Virus record (IMG/VR): IMGVR_UViG_2882828558_000007
Location: 1-64,000 of that record
Direction: 5' to 3' (one strand)
From: a virus
Taxonomy: Duplodnaviria > Caudoviricetes
Length of the DNA: 64,000 nt
Part shown: in pieces, positions 9,159 to 17,167 of the stretch
Numbering within the stretch: position 1 is the first letter of the stretch
Layout of the letters: each line of letters starts with the position of its first letter
Made by a program: the position numbers and the translations under genes
Notes under the pieces: generated by a model
Databases searched by the model: none
What the model was told of the DNA's origin: nothing
Seen by the model: the letters and a program-made list of their open reading frames with translations, nothing else

Positions 9159-9340
9159 CGCGTCACCTCAAGGCTGGCGCGACCGGCCCAGTAGAGGGGC
9201 CAAGACATCCCTGTCAGGGTGGCGTCAAAGCCGCATATATTGAATGACTCCTGATAGGCACTGCACCGATGGTTCGCGTAGTAGCCACCAGTCAGAAACG
9301 CGCCGATCAGATAGAAAACGATGGCAATCGCGTATCGCAT
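9155..9340 (-). CDS. Small membrane protein
   Basis: Start moved to MRYAIAIVFYLIGAFLTGGYY. Confidence 0.5.
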   Translation of the reverse strand: MRYAIAIVFYLIGAFLTGGYYANHRCSAYQESFNICGFDATLTGMSWPLYWAGRASLEVTR

Positions 9341-9450
9341 CACTCGCCCTCCGGTTCGTCGGGCAGCGGTGGATACCAGAACCACCAGCCGGCGAAGATG
9401 AATGCGGCCATGAAGACAGCAAGGCAGATGAAGATGACCGTCGAACTCAT
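9340..9450 (-). CDS. Small membrane protein (36 aa, not in ORF track)
   Basis: MSSTVIFICLAVFMAAFIFAGWWFWYPPLPDEPEGE; coupled at both ends. Confidence 0.5.
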   Translation of the reverse strand: MSSTVIFICLAVFMAAFIFAGWWFWYPPLPDEPEGE

Positions 9451-9890
9451 AGCAGCGGCACCTCCGCGTTCTTGGGCGGGCTTGAGCCGCCGCCCTCTTC
9501 GGCAAAGCCGGGCGAGCCGTCCTCGCCTTGCGTCATGACGACCGCGCCCTCGCCGTCGGCCGCTCCATCCTGGGCGGCCTGTAACTGTTGCGCGGTCTGC
9601 TCGGAGTACGGCAGGACGAACAGGCGTGGCTCGCCGCCCGAAGACGATGGGTCGCCCAGCATCACATAGATGGCCTTATCGACGTCGACGCGAACGCCGA
9701 GGACGGTCTGTTGGCCCGTCGGTAGCCAGGGAGAAGGGTAGCTGAGGGCCGCAAGCGGGATGGCGATGGTGGCAGCCGCGATGACGGCGAAGGCCACTGC
9801 CTGCCGGAGCCTAGGGTTGGTGGCGACCACGGTTGCGGTGGCGACCACGAAGGCGAGCCATAGGAGGAGGGAGAGGGTCATGGGTTCCAC
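9447..9890 (-). CDS. Membrane protein (2 TM plus periplasmic domain), probable partner of the ExbB/ExbD-like pair
   Basis: Two N-terminal hydrophobic helices; PRLFVLPYSEQTAQQL motif. Confidence 0.65.
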   Translation of the reverse strand: MEPMTLSLLLWLAFVVATATVVATNPRLRQAVAFAVIAAATIAIPLAALSYPSPWLPTGQQTVLGVRVDVDKAIYVMLGDPSSSGGEPRLFVLPYSEQTAQQLQAAQDGAADGEGAVVMTQGEDGSPGFAEEGGGSSPPKNAEVPLL

Positions 9891-10291
9891 CTCGCCATTT
9901 GCACCGCCAATCGTCGCGTCTCGCGATGAGCAGAACCACAGCCAGACGCTTGCGTAGCGATGTGATCCAGACGGTTTCCGATCAACGAGACCTCGCGGTG
10001 GTAATGCTCTTCCAGCCAGACATGGTCAAAGATCAGTCGGCCCTCAGTCATTGGAAGGTTAAAGATCGCAGCGGGGTCCTCGACAGGCAGGATCACGGTC
10101 TTAACGTCCGTGATTTCATTCTCCCGACAAAGACACTCGAACAGTCGAGCCTGTTCCCTATTGACGAATACGACGGTGTCGCCCTTTTTGACCGTGTCCA
10201 ACAGATTTTTTGTGCGTCCTGTTCGTCGCGCGCCACGGAAGTATACTTCCACGACGGCTTTTACCGCTGTCGAGATTCCGAAGATATCCAT
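9878..10291 (-). CDS. Hypothetical protein with degenerate P-loop-like RRTGRT
   Basis: Start moved to MDIFGIS (TGATG overlap, AGGAG RBS). Confidence 0.55.
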   Translation of the reverse strand: MDIFGISTAVKAVVEVYFRGARRTGRTKNLLDTVKKGDTVVFVNREQARLFECLCRENEITDVKTVILPVEDPAAIFNLPMTEGRLIFDHVWLEEHYHREVSLIGNRLDHIATQASGCGSAHRETRRLAVQMARWNP

Positions 10292-10833
10292 CACTTCGCT
10301 CCTCTTATCTCTCTGAAAACATGGCTCGCCGATCCCGGCACGACCTTGCCGCTTCGCATGACGAACCGCAGCGCTGTCTTCTCCTGCTTTTCGGAAACAA
10401 GCGTCACGACGCCGGACCAGACAAGTTCGCCCGAGGCGAGCCGCACCTCGACCGACACGGGCACCGGCACCTTGCCGGCGCAGCCGTAGCAACGCACATT
10501 GACGACGTACTCGCCGTCGGGGAGCCCGCGCGTAAAAGCACTCTCGAAATTAAGGCCCGAGAGATCGTTGGATGTGCCGAGGTCATCACGCAGCAGGCTC
10601 CACACCTTGCCGGACTTGCGGCTGTAGCCGACCGCCTCGTCGCCTGGCGACTTCACCCAGAGATCCACGTCGATGGCGCCAGCAGGCCATGCGGCGGAGG
10701 CTACAAGGTTTCCGGGTGGGTCGATGGGGTCGGTTTCTGCCTTCGGATTGACCGACGGCAGGATGAACATGACGACCGCCACCACTCCCAGCAGCATTGC
10801 CAGGAGCACGTCTTGGATGAGGGTGCGGATCAT
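10291..10833 (-). CDS. ExbD/MotB-like single-TM protein with YfaP-like periplasmic domain
   Basis: Asp at the start of the TM helix (QDVLLAMLLGVVAVVMFI); DVDLWVKSP motif; no OmpA domain recognised. Confidence 0.55.
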   Translation of the reverse strand: MIRTLIQDVLLAMLLGVVAVVMFILPSVNPKAETDPIDPPGNLVASAAWPAGAIDVDLWVKSPGDEAVGYSRKSGKVWSLLRDDLGTSNDLSGLNFESAFTRGLPDGEYVVNVRCYGCAGKVPVPVSVEVRLASGELVWSGVVTLVSEKQEKTALRFVMRSGKVVPGSASHVFREIRGAK

Positions 10834-11147
10834 TGGAACGCTCCCTCGTCAGGAATCGCCATCCATGCGATCGGATTGGCGGCCTCCTCAAACTCACTCC
10901 CGAAGCGAAACCACCAGTCTGGCCAAGAAATGGTCTTCTGCGCCCACTCGTCGTAGTCGCTATCTCCACCACCCCAGACGAGAACGTGCGGTCCGTCCTG
11001 AACGCGGCCCAAGCCTTCCGCGCTGCACCCGTAATCGGTCAGCCTGCCGGTGACTTCGTCGTGGTAGGGGTCGGCGTCGTGGCGGCAAAGGCCGAGGATT
11101 GGGCGATCCTTTGGCGCGGACGACATATCATATATCCACGCGCTCAT
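10830..11147 (-). CDS. Hypothetical protein (DUF551-like)
   Basis: W...SSAPKDRPILG...PIAWMAIP pattern. Confidence 0.55.
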   Translation of the reverse strand: MSAWIYDMSSAPKDRPILGLCRHDADPYHDEVTGRLTDYGCSAEGLGRVQDGPHVLVWGGGDSDYDEWAQKTISWPDWWFRFGSEFEEAANPIAWMAIPDEGAFQ

Positions 11148-11557
11148 TCGCTTGCCGCCAGCCCGAGCAGCCATGCGTTCGTGCTCGTCCAGAGCGCAGC
11201 GATCGCACCCACCAGCGTCGAGCAGAACGCAACGCTCATGCCTTCAAGGAGCGCATTGGCCAGTGTCATGAGGCCGTCGGCGCTGTCCAGAGAGCCGGAG
11301 GCCATGCCTTGAATCGCAAGGATAAACCCGATCAGATTCCCGATCAGCCCGAGCATGACGAACCAGAGCTTGGCGTGCGGCAGGAGGCTGGTCTTGCCCC
11401 AGAACGCTGCTGCGGTCGTTACCGCCAGCAGGACGGCGATCACATACGAAATGCCGGACACGTCATGGGTGAAGACGAACGTGACGTAGCCCATGATTGC
11501 CGCCCACGCGACGAGCGCCAGCCAGCACGTGTTGAGGATGATGAGGCGGGCGGTCAT
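11144..11557 (-). CDS. MotA/TolQ/ExbB proton-channel family membrane protein
   Basis: LGLIGNLIGFILAI...GMSVAFCSTLVG matches the GLLGTVxG...GISxAL.TT.xG signature. Confidence 0.7.
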   Translation of the reverse strand: MTARLIILNTCWLALVAWAAIMGYVTFVFTHDVSGISYVIAVLLAVTTAAAFWGKTSLLPHAKLWFVMLGLIGNLIGFILAIQGMASGSLDSADGLMTLANALLEGMSVAFCSTLVGAIAALWTSTNAWLLGLAASE

Positions 11558-12282
11558 ACAGAGCCCTCCCCGCCAGCGGCATCAAGTTTCGCGATCATCT
11601 CGCACACCACCGTCGACGGCACGACGTAGCCGAGACCGACGATCGTCGGGACGTAGCCGCCGGACGAGCCTGGGATTTGCAGCGGCGCAAGCATCACGGC
11701 GGATGTGACCCCGACAATACGGCCGTCAGCGAAGACCGGTCCGCCGGACTGCCCCATGACGGTCGTCATGTCGGTGACATAGAGAAGGCGTCCTAGGCCG
11801 TCGCGCGGTGCGCCAGCGACCTTCCCCCATACGGTGACGAACTCCTGCCCCATCGGGTTGCCGATCGCCGTCAGCGGCGTGCCTACGGGCACCACGCTGC
11901 AGCTGAGGTCGGCCGCGAGCAGTTTCATGTTGGTCTGCAGGATAGCAACGTCGGTCTTCTCGTCGACCGCCACGACGGTGGCAGACGATGTTCGACCGTC
12001 CCACGACTTGATCGATACGACCTTCGCCCCGACGACGACGTGTGCCGCGGTAACGATGCGACCACCGCCGATATGGAAGGCCGATCCGAGGTCTGACGGC
12101 CGTTTGATGAGAAGCGATGCGTCAGCCATAACCGGCGTCGTGGGAGCGGCGCGCTCGACCATGACCGTTGTTGGTGCCGGGATCTTCGGGAAGATGTAGG
12201 CAGCGGCGCTCGGTGCGAATACGACCGCAACGACTATGAACGCCCCCAAGGCGATTAACGCCATGCGTCTAAGCAGGGTCAT
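11554..12282 (-). CDS. Trypsin-like (S1) serine protease with signal peptide/anchor
   Basis: GSAFHIGGGRIVTAAHVV (His), DVAIL (Asp), GQSGGPVF (Ser). Confidence 0.9.
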   Translation of the reverse strand: MTLLRRMALIALGAFIVVAVVFAPSAAAYIFPKIPAPTTVMVERAAPTTPVMADASLLIKRPSDLGSAFHIGGGRIVTAAHVVVGAKVVSIKSWDGRTSSATVVAVDEKTDVAILQTNMKLLAADLSCSVVPVGTPLTAIGNPMGQEFVTVWGKVAGAPRDGLGRLLYVTDMTTVMGQSGGPVFADGRIVGVTSAVMLAPLQIPGSSGGYVPTIVGLGYVVPSTVVCEMIAKLDAAGGEGSV

Positions 12283-12353
12283 GTATGCCTCCTCTGTTGG
12301 TGGTAGGAACCGCTTGGTTGGCGGCGCATGGCGTTGGTAGCGCCAATTTGTTC

Positions 12354-12383
12354 ACCTTAGTTCTTTTTTACAAATTTGTCAAG
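12354..12383 (-). promoter_or_regulatory. Sigma70 promoter with ACAAATTTGT operator (copy 1)
   Basis: TTGACA-17-TAAGGT; palindrome at 12370-12379. Confidence 0.75.
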
Positions 12384-12385
12384 AC

Positions 12386-12427
12386 CAGAAACAAAAACAG
12401 CCCCCTCCACCGTGAGGCAGAGGGGGC
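12386..12427 (-). terminator. Terminator downstream of the lysis genes
   Basis: GCCCCCT/AGGGGGC stem followed by TGTTTTTGTTT on the minus strand. Confidence 0.6.
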
Positions 12428-12456
12428 TTGATCGATAAGAACAAAATAAGTACAAA
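12428..12456 (+). promoter_or_regulatory. Sigma70 promoter overlapped by an alphaproteobacterial LexA box
   Basis: TTGATC-17-TACAAA; GAAC-AAAATAA-GTAC at 12439-12453. Confidence 0.65.
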
Positions 12457-12461
12457 GCCGT

Positions 12462-12722
12462 ATGACCAACAGGAAGCTTGCCCCGCTCGACTTTGAGTCG
12501 CTGTTCAATGCGCAAAAGCCGACGTTCGAGAGCCTGCCGCAATGGTACGAACTTGGTGGCCATTGCTCACAGTGCGAGCGCGAAGGCTGGGTAGATCGTT
12601 GGCAGTTGGCGCGTGAACACGGGGAAACCTCCAGGATCGCAGACCTGCGGCCCGCCCTGCGGTGTCGCAAGTGCGGCAACAAGGGCAGCAACACATGGAT
12701 TGTTGCCCAGGCTCCCCGCTGA
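12462..12722 (+). CDS. Small Zn-ribbon protein
   Basis: CSQC...CRKC. Confidence 0.7.
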   Translation: MTNRKLAPLDFESLFNAQKPTFESLPQWYELGGHCSQCEREGWVDRWQLAREHGETSRIADLRPALRCRKCGNKGSNTWIVAQAPR

Positions 12723-12949
12723 TGAACAACAGCACCTGGGGCGGGATGGTGGCAATGAACCTGCGATATCACGTGCATTGCGAGCGATGCGACAGGTTCG
12801 TCGAGCTGGACATGACGAAGCTTCCGCCCGACGGTCCTGCGCTTAACCGAACGTTCCGGTGCGCTACTTGTGGCGAGCGCGGGCGAAGCATCGTCAGTGC
12901 TCGCAGCGCGGACAGGACCGTGCCGGTCGCGCGACCCTTGCCTAGATAG
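12722..12949 (+). CDS. Small Zn-ribbon protein
   Basis: MNNSTWGG start (TGATG overlap); CERC...CATC. Confidence 0.65.
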   Translation: MNNSTWGGMVAMNLRYHVHCERCDRFVELDMTKLPPDGPALNRTFRCATCGERGRSIVSARSADRTVPVARPLPR

Positions 12950-12973
12950 CCGCCAGCCCTATTCTCCTTCGAA

Positions 12974-13198
12974 GTGGAGGTGCGCATGGCTACGATTACA
13001 GGACCCAGACAGGGCGTGGACCCTGACGACGCGCAGATGGACTGCGAACAGGCGCTCGACGACCACGTTCGCGACCTGATCGACGAAGCGATAACGGCAG
13101 GATGGCCACCGCACGTTGTCTTCGCCGCACTAAAAAGCGTCGTCGACAACAGGGAACTGGCCTACGCCGAAGACCCGGACCCGGCGCCTGACCCATGA
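12974..13198 (+). CDS. Small acidic hypothetical protein (start may be 12986)
   Basis: DCEQAL...LIDEAITAGWPP pattern common in rhizobia. Confidence 0.6.
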   Translation: MEVRMATITGPRQGVDPDDAQMDCEQALDDHVRDLIDEAITAGWPPHVVFAALKSVVDNRELAYAEDPDPAPDP

Positions 13199-13443
13199 GA
13201 GCCGGCCTCTGGGCAGAACCCGTCACGTTCGAGACGCTGACGCTCGGTGTCTATCGCACCATCAGCAGCGCGAGCGAGGCGGCTGGCATCCTGCTTTACC
13301 ACTGGCCGACGGACGAAGGTCCGGCCTTCAAAGCGGCGCAGGAAATATGCCTGGCCGCCTTGGAGGGCAAGGTCGACCCGGAAGAGTCGCGTCACGCGTT
13401 CCTACTGGCTGCCGACGAGGCCGGTGTCTTCATACGGGATTAG
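13195..13443 (+). CDS. DUF982 family protein
   Basis: PVT...YRTISSASEAAGILLYHWP...A...CLAALEG...SRHAFLLAADEAG. Confidence 0.8.
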   Translation: MRAGLWAEPVTFETLTLGVYRTISSASEAAGILLYHWPTDEGPAFKAAQEICLAALEGKVDPEESRHAFLLAADEAGVFIRD

Positions 13444-13778
13444 GACGACCGCCTTGTCCCCGGCCTCGCTTCATAGAGGCGATCTAGTCGCTCACCAAGG
13501 CCATCAATCCGATTGCCGACGCCCTCGATGGCGCGCATGATCTGCGCTGTCTGCTCCTGCATGCCGGCCTTGGTCACGTATGTCTCGGCCGTATGGAGTT
13601 TGTGGTCGGCCAGTTCCTGGCGCGTAAGAAGGGCGAGCGCGTTGGCTGAGGCTGCAACACCGGCCGCCTCTGTCTTGGCCTTCTCCACCTTCCCCTCGAT
13701 CCGCCACCAGATGCCCCAGAGCGTGCCAGAGAGCATGACGAAGAAGCCGACGACGGCCATGATTTCAGAGCCGGTCAT
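13440..13778 (-). CDS. Lysis-region membrane protein (1 TM plus coiled coil)
   Basis: Start moved to MTGSEIM (ATGA overlap). Confidence 0.65.
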   Translation of the reverse strand: MTGSEIMAVVGFFVMLSGTLWGIWWRIEGKVEKAKTEAAGVAASANALALLTRQELADHKLHTAETYVTKAGMQEQTAQIMRAIEGVGNRIDGLGERLDRLYEARPGTRRSS

Positions 13779-14185
13779 TTCTTGCCTCCAATCGCCTTTG
13801 CGATCAACTGGGCACCGGCAACGCCACCGCCCACATAGAAGATGTTCGCGAACACGATGTCCGCATATTCCTTGAGCTGCGGCGGCAGCGCCGCAACGTC
13901 CGGAAGCGTACCGTCGAACAGCGAGTCCGTCATGCCCCAGCCGAACCACGCCGCAGTCGGAACGGCGGCAATGAGCCAAGGAATCCAGAAGGCCTTGTGC
14001 TGCATGCCCTCGCGCACGACGGCCGCGTTGTTCGCCTGTGCCGCCATCTGCGCCTCGAGCGCCTTGATGGACACGTCAGCCTTGATGCGCTCGGAGTCGT
14101 TCGAGGCGTTCAGCTTGAGCTCGTAGGCGCGCGTCAGGGCGGTGGCGAGATCGCCACCAAGCCATTTCAGGATAAGCTGGATCAC
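13775..14185 (-). CDS. Lysis-region membrane protein (holin- or spanin-like)
   Basis: GTG start overlapping the upstream TGA; two C-terminal TM helices. Confidence 0.6.
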   Translation of the reverse strand: MIQLILKWLGGDLATALTRAYELKLNASNDSERIKADVSIKALEAQMAAQANNAAVVREGMQHKAFWIPWLIAAVPTAAWFGWGMTDSLFDGTLPDVAALPPQLKEYADIVFANIFYVGGGVAGAQLIAKAIGGKK

Positions 14186-14382
14186 GTTGCCCAGCCCTTG
14201 CGCTTGGCCCACTGCCACCAGGCAATCGGGACGGAGGCGATCGCGGCGCTGATGCCGGCTTCAATGGAGGCGGCAACGGCGGGGTCGGTGGTGAGGAGTT
14301 CCTTAACCTCGTCGCCGATGTAGCCCGAACCGTACAGCCAGCCGGCGATGACATAGAGAAGAATGCGAAGCCATACGGTCAT
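14182..14382 (-). CDS. Putative holin (66 aa, 2 TM, basic C-terminus)
   Basis: MTVWLRILLYVIAGWLYGSG...WWQWAKRKGWAT; follows the endolysin. Confidence 0.65.
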   Translation of the reverse strand: MTVWLRILLYVIAGWLYGSGYIGDEVKELLTTDPAVAASIEAGISAAIASVPIAWWQWAKRKGWAT

Positions 14383-15167
14383 TTCGAGCGTCCCGGAAAG
14401 AGTGCGATGATGAAGGCCGTAAGCACCTCCAGCCAGCCAGCCTTCTTCGTCGGCGTGGCGCTGGGCGGCATTTCCGGCTTGGGCGCGGGGATGGGCGTGG
14501 TGGTGGCAGTGGAGGCCGGCACGGAAAGCTTGAGCTTCATTGCCCTGCCGCGCGCGTCCTTGACTTCCGTCAGACCGAGGCTGCCGCCGTTCCACCGCTT
14601 GCGGATCGCCGTCGTCTGGCCATTGTCGGCCATCTCGTTCAGGCCCCACTTCTGCCAGAGGATGAGCGCCGCCTTCATTCCTGCGTCAGCCTGCCGAAGC
14701 AGGTCAGGGTTTGCCACGACGGGAATGCCGCTTTCCTTTTCGACCTTGGCGAAGTTGGCGCGGCCAGTGACCTGGCCCGGCCCGGAGCCGCGATAGTCCC
14801 AGCCATCGTTCGGCTGAGTGTTGCCAAGGTTGGTACGGCCCCATTCGCCGCCATAGATCTTGTTTGCGATTGCCTTTTGATCGGCCGCCCGCTTCCCGGA
14901 TCGCCCGAGCCTGTTCACGTCGGCCGCACTGATTCGATGGCGACCGAAGGTCTTCATGAGCCCTTCGACGGAATAGTTCAGGTTTTCCGACAGGCGAGTG
15001 AAGCCGCCCGTCTCATGGCAAACGTTCGCCAGGAACTCGGAAATGCGCTTCTGGTTGTTCACGCCATAGGCAGCAGCATATTTGTTGAACGCCGCCGCAA
15101 GGTCGTCGTGCATCTGCACGCGCTTCGTCGTTCCCGCGATCGCTCGCAGGTCGTTTGCAGTTACCAT
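14379..15167 (-). CDS. Endolysin, glycoside hydrolase family 19
   Basis: HETGGF...ENLNYS, YRGSGPGQVTGRANF, IRKRWNGG. Confidence 0.9.
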   Translation of the reverse strand: MVTANDLRAIAGTTKRVQMHDDLAAAFNKYAAAYGVNNQKRISEFLANVCHETGGFTRLSENLNYSVEGLMKTFGRHRISAADVNRLGRSGKRAADQKAIANKIYGGEWGRTNLGNTQPNDGWDYRGSGPGQVTGRANFAKVEKESGIPVVANPDLLRQADAGMKAALILWQKWGLNEMADNGQTTAIRKRWNGGSLGLTEVKDARGRAMKLKLSVPASTATTTPIPAPKPEMPPSATPTKKAGWLEVLTAFIIALFPGRSK

Positions 15168-15193
15168 TTCGATTTCCTTTGAATAGTGCCGAC

Positions 15194-16351
15194 TTAGTTG
15201 GCGTCGGTCAGCCCGTTGCGCTGATACTGTGACCAGCCGTCTGGCGTCGCAGGCGTGCCGGCGGGGGAGTCCTTCGCGACGGTGCCCGTTTCGCCGACGG
15301 TCTTGCCGCCGCCGCTTGTCGCGCCGTCTTTTGCGGGAGCCTTGCCGCCCTTGCCGGACTTGCCGTCGTAGAGCTTGGCGCTGATCGCGGTCGTGTAGCC
15401 GCCAGACTTGTCGTACTTGTGGGTGGCGGTATCGATGACGTAGGGCACGCCGTCTAGGCCGGGGCGGATTCCGCTGAACAGCAACGCCGAGCCCGCGGTG
15501 ATGGCCGTGTCGCCGATCACGGTGACGCTGGCAGAGCCCTCAAAACGCTTTCTGTCGTTGGCTTTTGCCTGCGCAGCCTTGTCGGCCTCCGCCAGGCTGG
15601 AGAATGGTTCGGTTATCCGGTAGACGCTGTCGCCGTCAGCATCGGCGTCCACTGCGACTTCGACGCGCTCCGCTTTATCCTTGTCCTGATAATACGCGAC
15701 AACCTTGCTGTACTTTGTCTCGTCGTTCGATTCGAAAGAGCCGGAGCCCTGAACCACCATGTCAGGCGTGACGATTACCGTACCAGCAAAGGTGCCGCTT
15801 GCGGACAGGCCGGAGCCTCGTTTGGAGAAAACGAGCTTCCCCCCCTTCACTGCGAACAATGCATTGTGACGATCGGCAAGGCGCTGGAGCATCTGGACAT
15901 TGGATTCGTCTTGCTGCCCGAACCACTCATACTCGAAATCGCCAATATCCGAGTCAACAGAGGCGGAAAGACCGCTCTCCGTCGCCACCTCGGACACGAT
16001 GTCCTTGAGCTTCTTCTTGTCCCAGTGCCGCTCCTGCTTTTCCTTCAACTTGCCGCTTCGCAGGTCAGCAGATTTGCCGCCGATCGACATGGAATACGGT
16101 AGAAACTTAGGTGTCACTTTGTCGGCAGTGAACCGCCCTAAAGACCGGGTCGTGCCGTACCCCATTCTGATATCTACGACCGCCCCTTTGCGCGGGATGG
16201 CGAGGAATTGCGGCGGTCCGTCGTTCAACTCCATATCGAACGTGTCTGCGCCACCCTCCTCCTTGTCCGTCACCGTGACGGATATCAGGCGCTCGTAGAA
16301 CGCGCCGGCAACAGGCTGGCCGTCGATCGTGATTTCAATTCTGGGCTTCAT
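15194..16351 (-). CDS. Phage late control D / baseplate hub (P2 gpD-like)
   Basis: Position after X; QQDESNVQMLQRLA...FAVKGGKLVF. Confidence 0.85.
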   Translation of the reverse strand: MKPRIEITIDGQPVAGAFYERLISVTVTDKEEGGADTFDMELNDGPPQFLAIPRKGAVVDIRMGYGTTRSLGRFTADKVTPKFLPYSMSIGGKSADLRSGKLKEKQERHWDKKKLKDIVSEVATESGLSASVDSDIGDFEYEWFGQQDESNVQMLQRLADRHNALFAVKGGKLVFSKRGSGLSASGTFAGTVIVTPDMVVQGSGSFESNDETKYSKVVAYYQDKDKAERVEVAVDADADGDSVYRITEPFSSLAEADKAAQAKANDRKRFEGSASVTVIGDTAITAGSALLFSGIRPGLDGVPYVIDTATHKYDKSGGYTTAISAKLYDGKSGKGGKAPAKDGATSGGGKTVGETGTVAKDSPAGTPATPDGWSQYQRNGLTDAN

Positions 16352-16354
16352 TGA

Positions 16355-16567
16355 TTACTCCCAGATCTTCACCAGTTCGCGCGCCGCCGGCCGCGTGTCG
16401 ATGTCGGGCAAGACGAGCGCGGTCCCGATCGGCAGAACCGGCCCGAGCGCCCCTATGCCAGGATTGGCGTCGAGGACGATTTCAGTGGTCGAGCGCGTGC
16501 GGCCGTAGAAGTCCCGGCAGACGAGGTCGACGGTCTGTCCGGCTTTCGTGATGTATGTGGATGGCAT
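16355..16567 (-). CDS. Tail protein X (P2 gpX, LysM-like)
   Basis: GQTVDLVCRDFYG...VLDANPG...LPIGTALVLP. Confidence 0.85.
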   Translation of the reverse strand: MPSTYITKAGQTVDLVCRDFYGRTRSTTEIVLDANPGIGALGPVLPIGTALVLPDIDTRPAARELVKIWE

Positions 16568-16571
16568 CGGA

Positions 16572-17015
16572 TCACCCGAACAGATTGAGGATCGGTGCAA
16601 ACAGGCCGCCACCGGCAACTGACTGGCCGTAGCGCCTCAGTGTGATCGAGTAGCTGTTCTTCCGCGCCGCGCCAGCAGCGTTGTGGTAGCTGCGATCCTC
16701 GTCGATGCCGTGCACCGTGAACATGCCATGGATCACGCCTTCGTAGTCATCGCCGGAGACAAGCATCATGGGCGTTCCGGCCTGCGCTGAGGCAATGATA
16801 CCATCGAGCGACGCCTGGCCGCCGTACTCTTGCGGGAACAGCACACCGCGGATCGTCACCTCTTCAGAGGTCGGGCCGGTCCATTGCTGCTGATCCATGG
16901 TCTGCGCGACCTTGATCTCGGCCCACGGCGTCTGCACCTTGCGCTGCACGCCTTCATAGCCAAGCCTGTCGCGCGCTTCGAAGGCGAAGCCTCCGAGCAT
17001 CATTGAAACGGTCAT
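16572..17015 (-). CDS. Tail protein U (P2 gpU-like)
   Basis: MMLGGFAF...QWTGPTSEEVTIRGVLFP. Confidence 0.85.
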   Translation of the reverse strand: MTVSMMLGGFAFEARDRLGYEGVQRKVQTPWAEIKVAQTMDQQQWTGPTSEEVTIRGVLFPQEYGGQASLDGIIASAQAGTPMMLVSGDDYEGVIHGMFTVHGIDEDRSYHNAAGAARKNSYSITLRRYGQSVAGGGLFAPILNLFG

Positions 17016-17024
17016 GGGGGCTCC

Positions 17025-17053
17025 TTGCGTGACGGCTGGTAACGCGGTAAGAT
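17025..17053 (+). promoter_or_regulatory. Sigma70 promoter for a small antisense-oriented ORF
   Basis: TTGCGT-17-TAAGAT; ATG 7 nt after the -10 box. Confidence 0.6.
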
Positions 17054-17059
17054 TGCCAG

Positions 17060-17161
17060 ATGGAAAACACAAACAAGCGATACGTGCGAGTAGCGTTGTT
17101 CTTGTTCACGTTGTGGCTATGGTTTTACCTAGCCACCGAGATGGCTAGGTTTGTGTCGTGA
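17060..17161 (+). CDS. 33-aa single-TM peptide (moron, not in ORF track)
   Basis: MENTNKRYVRVALFLFTLWLWFYLATEMARFVS. Confidence 0.55.
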   Translation: MENTNKRYVRVALFLFTLWLWFYLATEMARFVS

Positions 17162-17167
17162 GATCCC

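Noticed and set aside
12350-12363. GTTC-ACCTTA-GTTC as a second LexA box
   Set aside because: Spacer is 6 nt, not the canonical 7.
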